Assembly: GCA_002189035.1 (NCBI GenBank) | Contig: NEEC01000015.1 | Location: forward strand, 2,480,001-2,544,000 | Direction: 5' to 3' | DNA from: Utricularia gibba | Taxonomy: Eukaryota > Plantae > Magnoliophyta | Length of the DNA stretch: 64,000 bases | Shown: piece by piece, positions 63,931 through 64,000 of the stretch | Numbering within the stretch: position 1 is the stretch's first letter | How the letters are laid out: each line of letters starts with the position of its first letter | Notes under the pieces: model-generated | Seen by the model: only the letters and a program-made list of their open reading frames with translations | What the model was told of the DNA's origin: nothing | Database searches by the model: none | Translations under genes and position numbers: made by a program

Positions 63931-64000
63931 GACCATCATCACCCATTGGTTAACTCAGAACGCACAGAACGTTAAAAACCGTTGCTGCTGCTTTGCGAAA

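Overview
Eukaryotic (flowering-plant, probably asterid) nuclear DNA, not prokaryotic. The window is very gene-dense: 24 protein-coding genes (one cut by the left edge) and 2 pseudogenes in 64 kb, mostly with 70-150 nt introns and 200-900 bp spacers. I could recognise no transposon, tRNA, rRNA or CRISPR array. This compactness suggests a miniature genome such as a Lentibulariaceae (Utricularia/Genlisea) species, but that is inference only. Gene order: uncharacterised membrane protein (partial), USP-kinase-U-box, PLL-type PP2C, OEP16-1, CXIP4, hnRNP-A/B-like RRM protein, alpha-expansin, PGRL2-like, telomere-repeat-binding protein, SCL14-type GRAS, SMR CDK-inhibitor-like, ZIP2, CRR2 PPR-DYW, TFIIA large subunit, TOC75-III, DUF642, FRA10AC1, LHP1 pseudogene, XPT, SEC23, MYBPA1-like MYB, TruA, trehalase, PMEI, BAG7, ALIS/CDC50 pseudogene. 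Six clear and one probable single-base deletions in G/C runs break conserved genes, including essential TOC75-III; these are best read as long-read assembly errors. I found no evidence of a wholly new biological system. The best leads are an SMR4/5-type CDK inhibitor missing its central CPPP..RK motif, two relic genes not visible in the ORF track (LHP1 with a 20-nt collapsed intron; ALIS), a TGTACTGCA copper-response-type cluster in the 380-bp promoter shared by ZIP2 and CRR2, a U12-type plus a GC-AG intron in FRA10AC1, and a probable pseudokinase in the U-box protein. All gene names and Arabidopsis comparisons are from memory of the families and need database confirmation.
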